The notes beneath the pieces were generated by a model. The model ran no database searches and was not told where the DNA came from. It was given only the letters and a program-made list of their open reading frames with translations. From the human T2T-CHM13v2.0 reference genome, Homo sapiens, in NCBI RefSeq assembly GCF_009914755.1, contig NC_060927.1: 64,000 nt of DNA; one strand, 5' to 3'. How positions within the stretch are numbered: position 1 is the first letter of the stretch; each line of letters starts with the position of its first letter. Positions 22,591 through 37,367 of this stretch are shown piece by piece. The position numbers and the translations under genes were made by a program.

Positions 22591-25500
22591 TCATTATAGA
22601 GATGTGTACAACTCTTGGAAACCCCCAGGCTTTTGTTTAATTAATTTATTTTAACCCAAGTATTGAGCCAGTCCATTGTATCTTTTTCAGCTTATAAATT
22701 ATGTTGAATTTACAATTCCTACACAGGGCAGCTGTCAGATTCTTGATTAGTTATAATCATTATACCTGCTGATGTTGATAGTATATAAAGAAAAGGTGTA
22801 CATTTAGCACATCCATTTCAAATTTCCAGTTCCAGTTTTTAAAATGCCTTCTATTAGAAGGTAAACAGTTCTTATAAGAAACAAAGCAATATCTCTAAGT
22901 CCTGAAGTATCTATGCTCTATATCCCTCCCTACATTTTCTAAATCAATTCTGGTGCAGATTCCTAACATGTCATGTTCTGCTCTAGCCCTGAGTCTCCTC
23001 TCATAGACATGCATGGCCAGGGGGTTCCCTTCAGCTTTCTACCCTCACCTGCAGATAGAACTTCCTAGCTAGGAAGAGACAACTAAGTCAAAGAGAAAGT
23101 CCTCATACTAATGAAGATCAATGAAATAAGTCATCCTCGGAGTTTCAACCTGTACCTCGGTAACTATGCTCAGCTTTGTGTAGAGCTAGTGCCTAATTAA
23201 TCAAAGAAAGGTGAAGCCATATGAAAAATGAGTCCTCACTGAATCAACAGGGTCTTTCCTTGGTCACTGACACTAAGTCGAATTTTCATTGGGAGAAACA
23301 ACCTAAAGAAAAAGGTTAGAAAGTATCAATAACATATATTAAAACAATTTAAGAGTTTGATTTCATTCTGAGTTGATCTGAATTTCATGGAAGACTTGGA
23401 AGCAAGAATGTCTGGGGCTCAGTCATGATCTGATTAGAGTCTCATCAGATGTGGAATAAGCTGCTGAAAAGATCATTCATAGATTGAAGTTATATCACAT
23501 AGGATATCTGGCAACATACTGCTTTAAAAATTCTATTTTACCTCAAAGGTTTTTGTTTTGTTTTTGTGTTTTGGTAAGAAATGCTTTAATCTCTTTCTCA
23601 AATCTATACCTGAAAGCAACATTCCTATGACTTGGAAAAATTCAACTTCTTCAAAATACAATTCTAAACATCTTCTGCTGAATCTCTATTTATACTGAAA
23701 GCAATAGCCTATGATCTTTTAGGCACATATTAGTATATACTGTTTAGTGGTCTTATTACTTGTGTTAGGGTTGGGAATTTTTTTTACTTATTAGTATCTA
23801 AATTTATTTCATTTATAAACTTTTGGTTCCTTAATAGAATTGTAAAGGTGGAGGAAGACACATTAGAGAGGCTCATAATAGAGCCTCTAAGACACCATAG
23901 AGAGGCCCCCAAAAGACATACCAAGAATCATTGCAGCCCTAACACTAAATGCAAAACAATGTGACTCAAACTTACAGACAATACACAAAGTCAGGGAGCA
24001 ATTGGGACGAATAGGCCATTCAAGACACAGAAACATACAGTTTCTAAATTCTGTTCAGAAACAACCTAAGTTGTTGATTCTGAAACACCTAAATCTGGAC
24101 TACTTTGAAAAATAAAAACTAGGTTGAGGACAAGTCAAAAAGACCTCAACACTGACAGGTGATTTTTTTCAAATAGTAATAAGGTCAGACAGTGGGCTCC
24201 AGACCCAACATCTCATTGATAGCAAAATCATTGCCTTGTCTGTATAAAATAAGGTCTTTTGACTGAGGTCTATTATTTGGGTCTAAAATGTTCAGCTACG
24301 ATGTAATACAATTTAAGTCTCTTTGAAGATAAAAGGATTTCTAAAATAGAACTCTTTATCTCTATCACCCAATCCACATTTGGCTGATTTTCCTGTCTTT
24401 TACACCATCATCTACCCAGTGGCTTAGGTCAGAAATCTAGAAAGAAACTTGATTCCTCTTTTTTTTTTCACATAACATTTAATTCATGAGAGCAAATCTA
24501 CTGCTGTGGATTTCAAAAGGGAATAAAGATAAAATTTGTGCCTGTTGCTCTGACCAATCCTGCACTTTTCTTGGTCAGTCTGTGGTGATCTAAGGGTTCT
24601 TTTACAGTGATTCCACCCCACACTCAGTTCAAAAGAAAAATCACAGAAGAATTAGAAAACTCTGTGTCAGTAACCTGGGTTAGAGGCACTTGGAGTTCTC
24701 AAAAATGCATTATTCCCAATGTCAGACACCCCCAGAGAAGCCAGTTAGTTCTGCAGTTGGCATGGAAGCCCAGACAACAGGAAAACCAGATTAATGAATA
24801 AGTTCCATACAGCATTATTAAGATCACTACAAGTTCCATTAATTTCTTTTTTTTTTTTTACCTTCCCAACATTGACTGTTCTCATGGAAACACAGCTTCT
24901 GTTAAGCTGCTTATAAAAATAACTTAATGATTGGTGATCCTCCTTGATAAATGTCAGCTAATGAGCATTAGAAACATGGGCGTCTTTAATTTTAGATAGA
25001 ACTCTTGCCTAATTTTTCTTCCTGGGGGGTCAAAGCCCATGTCTGCCTGTTATGTAGGCAAGGCCTGCATCCATGTCTACCACCATTTTCAGTCACGTAT
25101 TTACCCCGCTATAACCTCATTTTTTCCCTTTCTTCATGGATAAAAATTCAGTCATAAGGAATGAGTACAAGATTGAGCTATGAGAATGATGAGTTATTAA
25201 ATCCTCTTGGAGAACATTATCAAGGTGTCAGAGATATTTTGAATGTGCATTTTCCAGCAGATTAGTCACCTGATTTGTTTTCTTACAGATATGTGTCATG
25301 GTTGGTAATTACAGCATGTTTAGTGTTACAGATGTACCTTACTAAGTACATTTTCAATGAAGTGAGATGCCTCTCCATAGAGGAGAAAAATTTCGGTTAA
25401 TCTCATATTGTGTAAGATCTGGCTACGGAAGCACATAAATTGTAATTAAATTTTAAGTTTCTTTGATTGTTTAATTATCCAAGCAATACTATTTTATTAT

Positions 25501-25935
25501 AGAAAGGTAGAAAATATAAATAAGGAAAAAGATAAAAATAATCCACAGTTTACTACGCAGAATTAAGCCATATTTATATTTAAAGATTCAGCCTTAGGTA
25601 ATCTGTCTACCTGCCTAACTGCCTCCTCTCTTCCCATATATCATCCACTTATCTATTTAAGACAAACATGGACTCATGTTATACATATAGTTTTGTAAAT
25701 AACTTTAGACTTTCAACTGCAAATTTTTAATAATGTGTTTATAATATAATTTTGTTAGCCAGATCCACAAAAGTGGAAAAATTAGCTCAAAGGACATGAG
25801 TACTTTAAATGATTTTTATATAGATTGCCATGTTAGAGACAGAGGACTTTAAATCTTGTGGTTTCTATTGCGACTTTCCAGTGCCATGCCAAGCCTCAGA
25901 AGCCTGAGACAAAAGGAAAAATGTGCAACCTAATA

Positions 25936-26032
25936 CAAATGCTCTTTAACTTACAATTGGTTTATGTCCCAATGAACTCATTGTAAAATTGAAAAATCGT
26001 AAGTCAACCTATTGTAAGTTGAAGACCATTTG
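25936..26032. mobile_element. Tiny Tigger4-like (TcMar) internal-deletion derivative
   Basis: Imperfect terminal inverted repeats caaatgctctttaacttacaat ... attgtaagttgaagaccatttg, preceded by TA. Confidence 0.6.
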
Positions 26033-26229
26033 CATACACTTATCAAAGTATTGTCCCATAGTTTCAATGAAGTGAGAAAGTTAAAAACAGATCTACAAAC
26101 AAAAACATGATTATATATAAAACCCTGTGTTGCCCAATCCGTTGATGCGCTGTTGTCAACCTTCGTAAACATGCCTCCTGGTGGACTGGTGGACTGTATT
26201 GATTTGCCAGACCAGTAAACTGAGGGCTG

Positions 26230-26760
26230 AGTGGAAGGGACTTATTCTATTGCACAATAATATAGTCATAAAGCAAATAGTCTGTCTCTATTTAAAATTT
26301 TGGTATTTGTTTTTCCATAGATATTTTTGCATTAATTTTGAATTTTGAAATATTACATTAAAATACTTTTTTTTTTTTTTTGTCAGACAGTCTCACTCTG
26401 TCACCCAGGCTGGAGTGAAGTGGCACAATCTCACTTCACTGCAACCTCCATCACCCGGGTTCAAGTGATTCTCCTGCCTCAGCCTCCTGAGTAGCTGAGA
26501 TTACAGATGCTTGCCACCACACCCAGCTAATTTTTGTATTTTTTGGTAGAGATGGGGTTTCACCATGTTGGCCAGACTGGTCTTGAACTCCTGACCTCAA
26601 GTGCCACCTCCCTCAGCCTCCCAAAGTGCTGCTAGGATTACAGGTGTAAGCCATTGTGCCCGGCCCCAATACTATCTTGATTACTAATTTTTTGATGTAA
26701 CCTTACATTTTGCACTTAAGGCAAGTAGTCTTAACTTGCCTCACCCTAATCCTGGCCCTG
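26230..26760 (-). mobile_element. MER96B-like hAT element interrupted by an Alu
   Basis: Ends cttgcctcaccctaatcctggccctg. The AT-rich body continues on both sides of the Alu. Confidence 0.55.
26367..26665 (-). mobile_element. AluS (Sx/Sz-like)
   Basis: Full reverse Alu with a T tail and the short duplication AATACT on both sides. Confidence 0.93.
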
Positions 26761-26968
26761 CTGCTCCCAAAGGGAATAGTAGAATCATTGGTTCCCAAAC
26801 ATTTTCTGAGGACCATTAGGCAGCTGTGATTATGTGAGGTCTTAGTGATAACCATGGATTGTAATGCTTGAGAATGGGTGGGGCATGAGGACCTGGGAAT
26901 TAAATATCTAATATTCCTAGAAAGTTAGTAAGATAACTAAGAAGTTTCCCTGCTTTTTAGAGAAGGCA

Positions 26969-27340
26969 TTGCTATGAACTGACTGTTAGTGTCCCCTTAA
27001 AATTTATATGTTGAAGCCTAATTTCCAATGTGATGGTATTTAGAGGTGGAGCATTTGGAAGTAATTACACCATGAGGGTAGACCACCCCCCACTCCGATG
27101 GAATCAGTGCCCTTATTAAATGAGGAAGGGACATGAGATTTCTCTGTCTTTCTTCCATGTGGGGATACAGCAAGATAGCGGCCTCTGCAACCTGAAAGAG
27201 GGCCCTCAACAGAACTTGACCATGCTACCATCCTGATCTTAGACTTCCAGCCTCCAGAATTGTGAAAAATAAATTTCTATTGTTTATATGCCACCTGGTC
27301 TGAGGTACTTTTGTTACTGCAGCCAAAACTGACTTAGTAT
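26969..27340 (+). mobile_element. MaLR solo LTR (MLT1A-like)
   Basis: Starts tgctatgaactgactgttagtgtcccc. Contains gacttccagcctccagaattgtgaaaaataaatttc and ends gcagccaaaactgact. Confidence 0.85.
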
Positions 27341-27574
27341 AGATTATAAAACAGCTGGATACAGACAACAAGGAGTGGTTAGAAACTGGTTTGGGCTATG
27401 GAGAAGTAAGAATTCATGATCTATCTAAACCCTCTGAAAATACATTAAAAACTAAACTAGAATAAAACTGGGTCTATCAAACCAAAGCACCAGTTTATAA
27501 TGCCAACCACTCTTCAGGGTTGCACTTGGGAAGAGTACAGTTATGAAACTAGACGTGGTCATTTGAAAAATTGT

Positions 27575-27925
27575 GTTCTTACTATGAAGCCACAAAAAAG
27601 AATGAGATCATGTCTTCATAGGGACATGAATGGAGCTGGAGGCCATTATTCTTAACAAACTAACACAGAAACAGAAAACCAAATGCCACACACTAAATGA
27701 TGAGAACACATGGACACATAGAAGGGAACATACACTGAGGCCTTTCCAGAGGGTACAGGGTGGGAGGAGAAAGAGGATCCGGAAAAAATAACTAATGGAT
27801 GTTAGGCTTAATACCTGGGTGATGAAATAATCTGTACAGCAAATCTCCATGACACAAGTTTACCTATGTAATAAACCTGCATTTGTACACCTGAACTTAA
27901 AGTAAAAGTTTAAAAGAAAAAGAAA
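27575..27925 (+). mobile_element. Old primate L1 3' end (L1PA15-17/L1PB-like)
   Basis: L1 3'UTR motifs tggagctggaggccattatt and gacacaagtttacctatgtaataaacctgca, followed by an A-rich tail. Confidence 0.85.
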
Positions 27926-28899
27926 AATTGTACTCCTGAAGAAGCTGATCAAGTAGAACCTTTTATAAATTGGAGTGTTGTGGGAAACAAGTGCTAATTA
28001 ATTAACTCACCATGGGTACAAATTTATGTTTAAGCTATAGATAAGAATATGGCTATTTCATTTTACATTTAGAAGTAAAAAGGATATAACTCTCTTTTGG
28101 AATTAGAAAAAAAGCATGGGAGGAAAAATATGCTTTAAAATTTTTTTTCTGCCACGTTGGAAAAATAGAACAAGCATAGAAATGAAAGGAGAAACACTGG
28201 CATCTGTTTTTCTTTTTCTACCTTCCCTTATGCCTTCTCCTTTCTTCCTAGAGTAAGTAAAATAAGCAAAAGATCTCCAGCCTAGGAACATTGGAGTGTT
28301 CACTAAGTAAGGGGAAATGGAGAGACAGCATGAGGGAGGCAGCACCCCTGTTCCAGTTTTAGCAATATCAAGATTCAGTGAAGGTTGTAACCATTACCTC
28401 CACCTGAAGGGGAACAGCAGCCTTTGCTTTAGCATCAGAGGTCATCAGTAGGATTCTACAGTGCTGCCTTTGCCTACTTTCTGACCTCCTGCCTCTGAAC
28501 CACACTGCCAGCCTAGACTTGTGAATCCTGCCTTCTTCTCCTTGATTTAGCCCACCCTGTCTGCTTAGATGACTCCTGCTGGACTGTAAATCCCTTAGGC
28601 ATGGCATGGGATATTTTGTCCTATTTGGTTCTGTACTCCAGAAGCATCTGAAAATAGCAGGCCAAACTAAATAAATGGATGAATGGATGAATGAATAAAT
28701 GACTTCTAATTCTTGTCTATCAGTCTCTATCTCTTTTCCCTTCCTTTGGCTTCACAAACTTCCCTTAGGGGTACCAAGATACCCTTGTCCAAGAGTGAGA
28801 AGTATTTCCGTGAGAACTCAGCGCTTTCACGTATCATACCTGATGATGAACTTGGGGCAACAAACTACCACATGAATCTAAGTTATATTCATTCACTAA

Positions 28900-29335
28900 A
28901 CGACCAGCTGAGAGATTCAGCCACAATGACCTCATCGTTATCCTTCTCTATTCCACTCCTGACTTTGCATTTTCGGCTCTCCATTACCGCATTCCTGCCT
29001 TTGCCTTTCTGCTTTTTTTCTGGTTGGAATGCTCTTCCACAGATATTCACATGGCACTTTCTAGGTCATTTCTCAAATATTACCTTTTCATTGAAGCCTT
29101 CAAAGACCAGCCCATTAATATTTTCTACTACCCTTCCTATAAAAATATTTCAAATAGACATAGGTCTTAATTCTATTTAAAATACTATATCCTTTACTTA
29201 ATTATTTTATTTACCTATCTTCCATTACTAGAATATAAGCTTCATAAAAGTAAGAACTTTCCGTTTTGTTTATGTCTCTAGCTCTTAAGACACTTCCTAG
29301 CATCCAATAGGATCTCAGTAAATGGGATATGAATA
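28900..29335 (+). mobile_element. L2 3' fragment
   Basis: tggaatgctcttcc...ctagaatataagcttcat...ctcagtaaat. This accounts for the chance ORF at 28713-29180. Confidence 0.65.
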
Positions 29336-29419
29336 ATTTTTATTTTAAGTACTTTACTTGCTCCTTAAAATTGGTTCTTTCTAACTGTAGATTCATCCAT
29401 GGACCACTGTCTTGTTACA

Positions 29420-29970
29420 TTCCTTAGCAGGAGGCATCTGTGTTCTGGCCCACCCAGCATCTTTTCACATTCCTCTGATGATACGTTACCTCTTCCTATT
29501 CTATTTAGCTTCAATGGAGCCAATTCTGATTCTTCTCCTCACCCTCAACATAGAAGAGATACAAGAACCAGGTCAGGCCAATCAGACCATCACATCTCCT
29601 GGTACAATGATTGATTTAAGCACAGACACGTGACTCTAGATGTGCTCTCCCTTGGAGTTTTCTGCCAAAGCTAGCAAAACAAACAAACAAACAAACAAAC
29701 AAAACAAAACCCCCCATTCATTTTGGTAGGATTTCTAAACAAGGGAATGTGAGTCTTCTATAGAGAGTGGCTGTTTGCTCACCATGTGGAGGAGAGAGCC
29801 TTTCCAAGAAAAGGAAAGAGACAGTCCTGGTAACATTTGTCCTCTAGATGTAACAATGCCTGAAGTAAGTACTATTCTTGGACTCTTAGTAACGTGTGTT
29901 GATACCCTTTTGTGCTTAAGCTTGCTTAAATTATATTTCCATCATTTACAACTTAAAAGATTCATGATAT
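29420..29970. mobile_element. Old MLT1-type LTR containing a (CAAA)n microsatellite
   Basis: ccaggtcaggccaatcaga...atgcctgaag...cttgcttaa...catttacaacttaaaagattc, an MLT1-like sequence. Confidence 0.55.
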
Positions 29971-32900
29971 ATTAGCCTTTCCATGTTTGCCCCAGCCCCA
30001 ATAAACCCCTAGGCATAAGTGACTCTCCAGGGAAGCTCCCACCTAGCTGGTCCTGACTTCTTGGCTCTCGGACATTTTCACAATATTTGTAGGATAAGAA
30101 TAACATTTGTTGTCTAAAGCAATGTGCATAGCATATCATCATTTCTCCCCCATTAGGTTGATAATATATTTTCTTTTTTTTCCTATTATTTTATTTATAT
30201 TTTATTTTAAGTTCTGGGATACATGTGCAGGATGTACAGGTTTATTACGTAGGTAAACGTGCGCCATGGTGAGTGTGTTGCTGCACATATCAGCCCATCA
30301 CCTAGGTATTAAGCCCAGCATGCATTAGCTGTTTTTCCTGATTCTCTCTCTCCCCTTGTTCCCCTGATCCCTGCAAAAGGCCCCAGTGTGTGTGTTGTTC
30401 TCCTCCCTGTGTCCATGTGTTCTCATTGTTCAGCTTCCACCTATAAGTGAGAACATGTGGTGTTTGGTTTTCTGTTCTTTTGTTAGTTTGCTGAGGGTAA
30501 TGGCTTCCAGCTCCATCTATGTCCCTGAAAAGGACATGATCTTGTTCCTTTTTTATGGCTTCATAGTATTCCATGGCATATTTGTACCACATTTTCTTTA
30601 TCCGTTCTATCATTGATGGGCATTTGGGTTGATTCCATGTCTTTGCTATTGTAAATGGTGCTGCAATGAGCATACATGTGCATATATTTTTACAATAGAA
30701 TAATTTATATTCCTTTGGTTATATACCCAGTAATGGGATTGCTGTGTCAAATGGTATTTCTGGTTCTAGGTCTTTGAGGAATTGCCACACTGTCTTCTAC
30801 AATGGTTAAACTAATTTACATTCCCACCAACAGTGTAAAAGTGTTCCTTTTCTCCACAGCCTCACCAGCATCTGTTGTTTCTGGACTTTTTAATAATTGC
30901 CATTCTGACTGGCATGAGACAGTATTTCATTGTGGTTTTTGATGGGCATTGAGAAGTGTCTGTTCATGTCCTTTGCCTGTTCATGTACTTTTTAATGGGA
31001 TAGTTTGTTTTTTTTTCTTGTAAATTTGTTTAAGTTCCTTATGATTCTGGATATTAGACCTTTGTCAGATGGAGAGATTGAAAAATTTTCTCCCATTCTG
31101 GAGGCTGTCTGTTAGATCCCATTTGTCAATTTTTGCTTGACAAAAGTTTTCATCATGAAATCTTTGCCAGTGCCTATGTTCTGAATGATATTGCCTAGAT
31201 TTTCTTCTAGGGTTTTATAGCTTTTGGTTTTACATTTAAGTCTTTAATCCATCATGAGTTAATTTTTGTATAAGGTGTAAAGAAGGGGTCCAGTTTCAAT
31301 TTTCTGCAATGGCTAGTCATTTCTTCCAGCACCGTTTATTAAATAGGGAATTCTTTCCCCATGGCTTGATTTTGTCAGGTTTGTTGAAGATCAGATGGTT
31401 GTAGATGCATGGTCTTGGTTCTGAGTTCTTTATTCTGTTCCATTGGTCTATGTGTTTGTTTTTCTACCAGTACCATGCTGTTTTGGTTTCTGTAGGCTTA
31501 TAATATAGTTTGAAGTCAGGTAGTGTGATGCCTCTAGCTTTGTTCTTTTTGCTTAGGATTGTCTTGGCTATTCAGGTTCTTTTTTGGTTCCATATGAATT
31601 TTAAAGTAGTTTTTTTCCAATTCTGTGAAGAATGTCAGTGGTAATTTAATGGGAATACCATTGCATCTATAAATTGCTTTGGGCAGTATGGCCATTTTCA
31701 CAATATTGATTCTTTCTTTCCTTGAGCATAGAATGTTTTTCCATTTGTTTGGGTCCTCTCTGATTTCTTTGGGCAGTGGTGTGTACTTCTTGAAGAGGTC
31801 CTTCATTTCCCTTGTTAGCTGTATTCCTAGTTATTTTATTCTCTTTGTAGCAATTGTAAATGGGAGTTCATTCATGATTTAGTTCTCTGCTTGTCTATTG
31901 TTGGTATATAGGAATGCTTATGATTTTTGCACACAGATATTTTACCCCAGGACTTTGCTGAAGTTGCTTATCAGCTTAAGAAGCTTTTGGGCTGAGAGGA
32001 TGGACTTTTGTAGATATAGGATCATGTCATCTGCAAATAGAGACTGTTTGACTTCCTTTCTTCTTATATGGATACACTTTATTTCTTTCTCTTGCCTGAT
32101 TGCTCTTGCCAGAACTTCCAATATTATGCTGAATAGGAGTGGTGAGAGAGGGCATCTTTGTCTTATGCCAGTTTTCCAGGGGAATGCTTCCAGGTTTTGC
32201 CCATTCAGTATGATATTGGGTGTGGGTTTGTTATAAATAGTTCTTATTATTTTGAAGTATGTTCCATCAATACCTAGTTTATTGAGAGTTTTTAACATGA
32301 AGGTATTTTTAATTCTATTGAAGTCCCTTTTTTGCACCTAATGAGATAATCACATGGTTTTTTTTCTCTTTTTTAAAAATTATACTTTAAGTTGTAGGGT
32401 ACAAGTGCAAAACGTGCAGGTTTGTTACATAGGTATACATGTGCCATGTTGGTTTGTTTCATCCATTAACCTGTAATTTACATTAGGTATTTCTCCTGAT
32501 ACTATCCCTCCCCCTGCCCCCCACCCCATGACAGGCCCTGGGGTGTGATGTTCCCCACCCTGTGTCCAAGTGTTCTCATCGTTCAATTCCAACCTATGAG
32601 TGAGAACATGTGGTGTTTGGTTTTCTGTCCTTGTGATAGTTTGCTGATAGTTTGCTGAGAATGGTTTCCAGCTGCATCCATGTCCCTGCAAAGGAGATGA
32701 ACTCATCCTTTTTTATGGCTGCATAGTATTCCATGGTGTATATGAGTCACATTTTCTTAATCCAGTCTATCATTGATGGACATTTGGATTGGTCCCAAGT
32801 CTGTATTGTGAATAGTGCCGCAATAAACACACGTGTGCATGTGTCTTTATAGTAGAATGGTTTATAATCCTTTGGGTATATACCCAGTAATGGGATTGCT

Positions 32901-34138
32901 GGGTCAAATGGTATTTCTAGTTCTAGATCCTTGAGGAATCACCACACTGTCTTCCACAATGGTTGAACTAGTTTCACCAACAGTGTAAAAGCGTTCCTAT
33001 TTCTCCACATCCTCTCCAGCATCTGTTGTTTCCTGACTTTTTAATGATCGCCATTCTAACTGGTGTGAGATGGTATCTCACTGTGGTTTTGATCTGGATT
33101 TCTCTGATGGCCAGTGATGATGAGCATTTTTTCATTTGTCTGTTGGCTGCATAAATGTCTTCTTTTGAGAAGTGTCTGCTTATACACTTTGCCTACTTTT
33201 TGATGGGTTTTTTTTTCTTTGTAAATTTGTTTAAGTTCTTTGTAGATTCTGGATATTAGCCCTTTGTCAGATGGGTAGATTGCAAAAATTTTCTCCCTTT
33301 ATGTAAGTTGCCGTTCACTCTGATGGCTGTTTCTTTTGCTGTGCAGAAGGCTCTTTAGTTTAATTAGATCCCATTTGTCAATTTTGGCTTTCGTTGCCAT
33401 TGCTTTTGGTGTTTTAGTCATGAAGTCCTTGCCCATGCTTATGTCCTGAATGGTATTGCCTAGGTTTTCTTCTAGGGTTTTTATGGGTTTAGGTCTAACG
33501 TTTAAGTCTTTAATCCATCTTGAATTAATTTTTGTATAAGGTGTAAGGAAGGGATCCACTTTCAGCTTTCTACATATGGCTAGCCAGTTTTCTCAGCACC
33601 ATTTATTAAATAGAGAATCCTTTCCCCATTGCTTGTTTTTGTCAGGTTTGTCAAAGATCAGATGGTTGTAGATGTGTGGTGTTATTTCTGATGCCTCTGT
33701 TCTGTTCCATTGATCTATATCTCTGTTTTGGTAGCAGTACCGTGCTTTTTGGTTACTGTAGCCTTGTAGTATAGTTTGAAGTCAGGTAGCGTGATGCCTC
33801 CAGCTTTGTTCTTTTGGCTTAGGATTGTCTTGGCAATGCTAAGACATATGAACTTTAAAGTCATTTTTTCCAATTCTGTGAAGAAAGTCATTGGTAGCTT
33901 GATGGAGGTGGCATTGAATCTATAAATTACCTTGGGCAGTATGGCCATTTTCACGATATTGATTCTTTCTAACCATGAGCATGGAATGTTCTTCTATTTA
34001 TTTGGGTCCTCTTTTATTTCATTGAGCAGTGTACAATTTGTAGTTTTTCTTGAAGAGGTCCTTCACATCTCTTGTAAGTTGGATTCCTAGGTATTTTATT
34101 CTCTTTGTAGCAATTGTGAATGGGAGTTCACTCAGGAT

Positions 34139-36210
34139 CTAGCTCTCTGTTTGCATGTTATTGGTATACAGGAATGTGTGTGATTTTTGCACATTGATTT
34201 TGTATCCTGAGATTTTGCTGAAGTTGTTTATCAGCTTAAGGAGATTTTGGGCTGAGATGATGGGGTTTTCTAAATATACAATTATGTCATCTGCAAACAG
34301 GGACAGTCTGACTTCCTCTTTTCCTAATTGAATATGCTTTATTTCTTTCTCTTGCCTGATTGCCCTGGCCAGAACTTCCAACACTATGTTGAATAGGAGT
34401 GGTGAGAGAGGGCATCCCTGTCTTGTGCCAGTTTTCAAAGGGAATGCTTCCAGTTTTTGCCCATTCAGAATGATATTGGCTGTAGGTTTGTCATATATAG
34501 CTCCGATTATTTTGAGATATGTTCCATCAATACCTGGTTTATTGAGAGTTTTTAGCATGAAGGGTTGTTGAATTTTGTCGAAGGCCTTTTCTGCATCTAT
34601 TGAGATAATCACGTGGCTTTTGTCATTGGTTCTGTTTATGTGATGGATTATGTTCATTGATTTGCATATGGTGAACCAGCCTTGCATCCCAGTGATAACA
34701 CCGATTTGATTATGGTGGATAAGGTTTTTGATGTGCTGCTGGATTCGGTTTGCCAGTATTTTATTGAGGATTTTTGCATCGATGTTCATCAGGGATATTG
34801 GTCTAAAATTCTCTTTTTTTGTTGTGTCTCTGCCAGGCTTTGGTATCAGGATGATGCTGGCCTCATAAAATGAGTTAAGAAGGATTCCCTCTTTTTCTAT
34901 TGATTGGAATAGTTTCAGAACGAATGGTACCAGCTCCTCTTTGTAACTCTGATAGAATTCGGCTGTGAATCCGTCTGGTCCTGGCCTTTTTTTGGTTGTT
35001 AGGCTATTAATTATTGCCTCAATTTCAGAGCCTGTTATTGGTTTATTCAGACATTCAACTTCTTCCTGGTTTAGTCTCGGGGGGGTGTATGTGTCCAGGA
35101 ATTTATCCATTTCTTCTAGATTTTCTAGTTTATTTGAGTAGAAGTGTTTATAGTATTCTCTGATGGTAGTTTGTATTTCTGTGGGATCGGTGGTGATATC
35201 CTCTTTATCATTTTTTATCACCTGTATTTGATTCTTCTCTCTTTTCTTCTTTATTAGTCTTGCTAGAGGTCTATCAATTTTGTTGATCTTTTCAAAAAAC
35301 AAGCTCCTATATTCATTGATTTTTTTGAAGTTTTTTTTTGTGTCTCTATCTCCTTCAGTTCTGTTCTGATCTTGGTTATTTCTTGCCTTCTGCTAGCTTT
35401 TGAATTTGTTTGCTCTTGCTTCTCTAGTTCTTTTAATTGTGACATTAGGGTGTCAATTTTAGATCTTTCCTGCTTTCTCTTGTTGGAATTTAGTGTTATA
35501 AATTTCCCTCTACACACTGCTTTAAATGTGTCCCAGAGATTCTGGTACGTTGTGTCTTTGGTCTCATTGGTTTCAAAGAACATCTTTATTTCTGCCTTAA
35601 TTTTGTTATTTACCCAGTAGTCATTCAGGAGCAGGTTATTCAGTTTCCATGTAGTTGTGCAGGTTTGAGTGAGTTTCTTAATCCTGAGTTCTAATTTGAT
35701 TGCACTGTGGTCTGAGAGACAGTTTGTTGTGATTTTTATTCTTTTACATTTGCTGAGGAGTGCTTTACTTCCAAATATGTGGTCAATTTTGGAATAAGTG
35801 CGATGTGGTGCTGAGAAGAATGTATATTCTGTTGATTTGGGGTGGAGAGTTCTGTAGATGTCTATTAGGTCTGCTTGGTGCAGAGCTGAGTTCAAGTCCT
35901 GGATATCCTTATTAACCTTCTGTCTCATTGATCTGTCTAATATTGACAGTGGGGTGTTAAATTGTCCCATTATTATTGTGTGGGAGTCTAAGTCTCTTTG
36001 TAGGTCTCTAAGAACTTGCTTTATGAATCTGGGTGCCCCTGTATTGGGTGCATATATATTTAGGATAGTTAGCTCTTCTTGTTGAATTGATCCCTTTACC
36101 ATTATGTAATGGCCTTCTTTGTCTCTTTTGATCTTTGTTGGTTTAAAGTCTGTTTTATCAGAGACTAGGATTGCAACCCCTGCTTTTTTTTTTTTTTTTT
36201 TGCTTTCCAT
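34139..36210 (-). pseudogene. L1 ORF2 remnant (endonuclease and reverse transcriptase), frameshifted
   Basis: The 315-aa and 387-aa ORFs contain NIYAPN, SDH, QGCPLSP and LFADD. The EN motif GDFN is mutated to GQFN. Confidence 0.92.
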
Positions 36211-36939
36211 TTGCTTGGTAGATATTCCTCCATCCCTTTATTTTGAGCCTATGTGTGTCTCTGCATGTGAGATGGGTCGCATGAAAACAGCACACTGATG
36301 GGTCTTGACTCTATCCAATTTGCCAGTCTGTGTCTTTTAATTGGGGCATTTAGCCCATTTACATTTAAGGTTAATATTGTTATGAGTGAATTTGATCCTG
36401 TCATTATTATGTTAGCTGGTTATTTTGCCAATTAGTTGATGCAGTTTCTTCCTAGCATCAATGGTCTTTACAATTTGGTATGTTTTTTGCAGTGGCTGGT
36501 ACCCGTTTTTCCTTTCCATATTTAGTGCTTCCTTCAGGATCTCTTGTAAGGCAGGCCTGGTGGTGACAAAATGTCTCAGCGTTTGCTTATCTGTAAAGGA
36601 TTTCTCCTTCACTTGTGAAGCTTTGTTTGGCTGGATATGAAATTCTGGGCTGAAAATTCTTTTCTTTGAGAATGTTAAATATTGGCTCCCACTTTCTTCT
36701 GGCTTGCAGAGTTTCTGCCAAGAGATCCGCTGTTAGTCTGATGGGCTTCTCTTTCTGGGTAACCCGACCTTTCTTTCTGGCTGCCCTTAACATTTTTTCC
36801 TTCATTTCAACCTTGGTGAATCTGATAATTATGTGTCTTGGGGTTGCTCTTCTCAAGGAATGTCTTTGTGATGTTCTCTGTATTCACTGAATTTGAATGT
36901 TGGCCTGCCTTGCTAGGTGGGGGAAGTTCTCCTGGATAA

Positions 36940-37367
<428 letters not shown>

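Noticed and set aside
23867-23888. Hairpin AGAGGCTC-ataata-GAGCCTCT
   Set aside because: An 8-bp stem is plausible by chance in 64 kb and is too short for a pre-miRNA.
34139-36210. Long RT/endonuclease ORFs as an active or domesticated gene
   Set aside because: These are ordinary L1 ORF2 fragments, frameshifted, with the EN GDFN motif mutated and ORF1 interrupted by an Alu.
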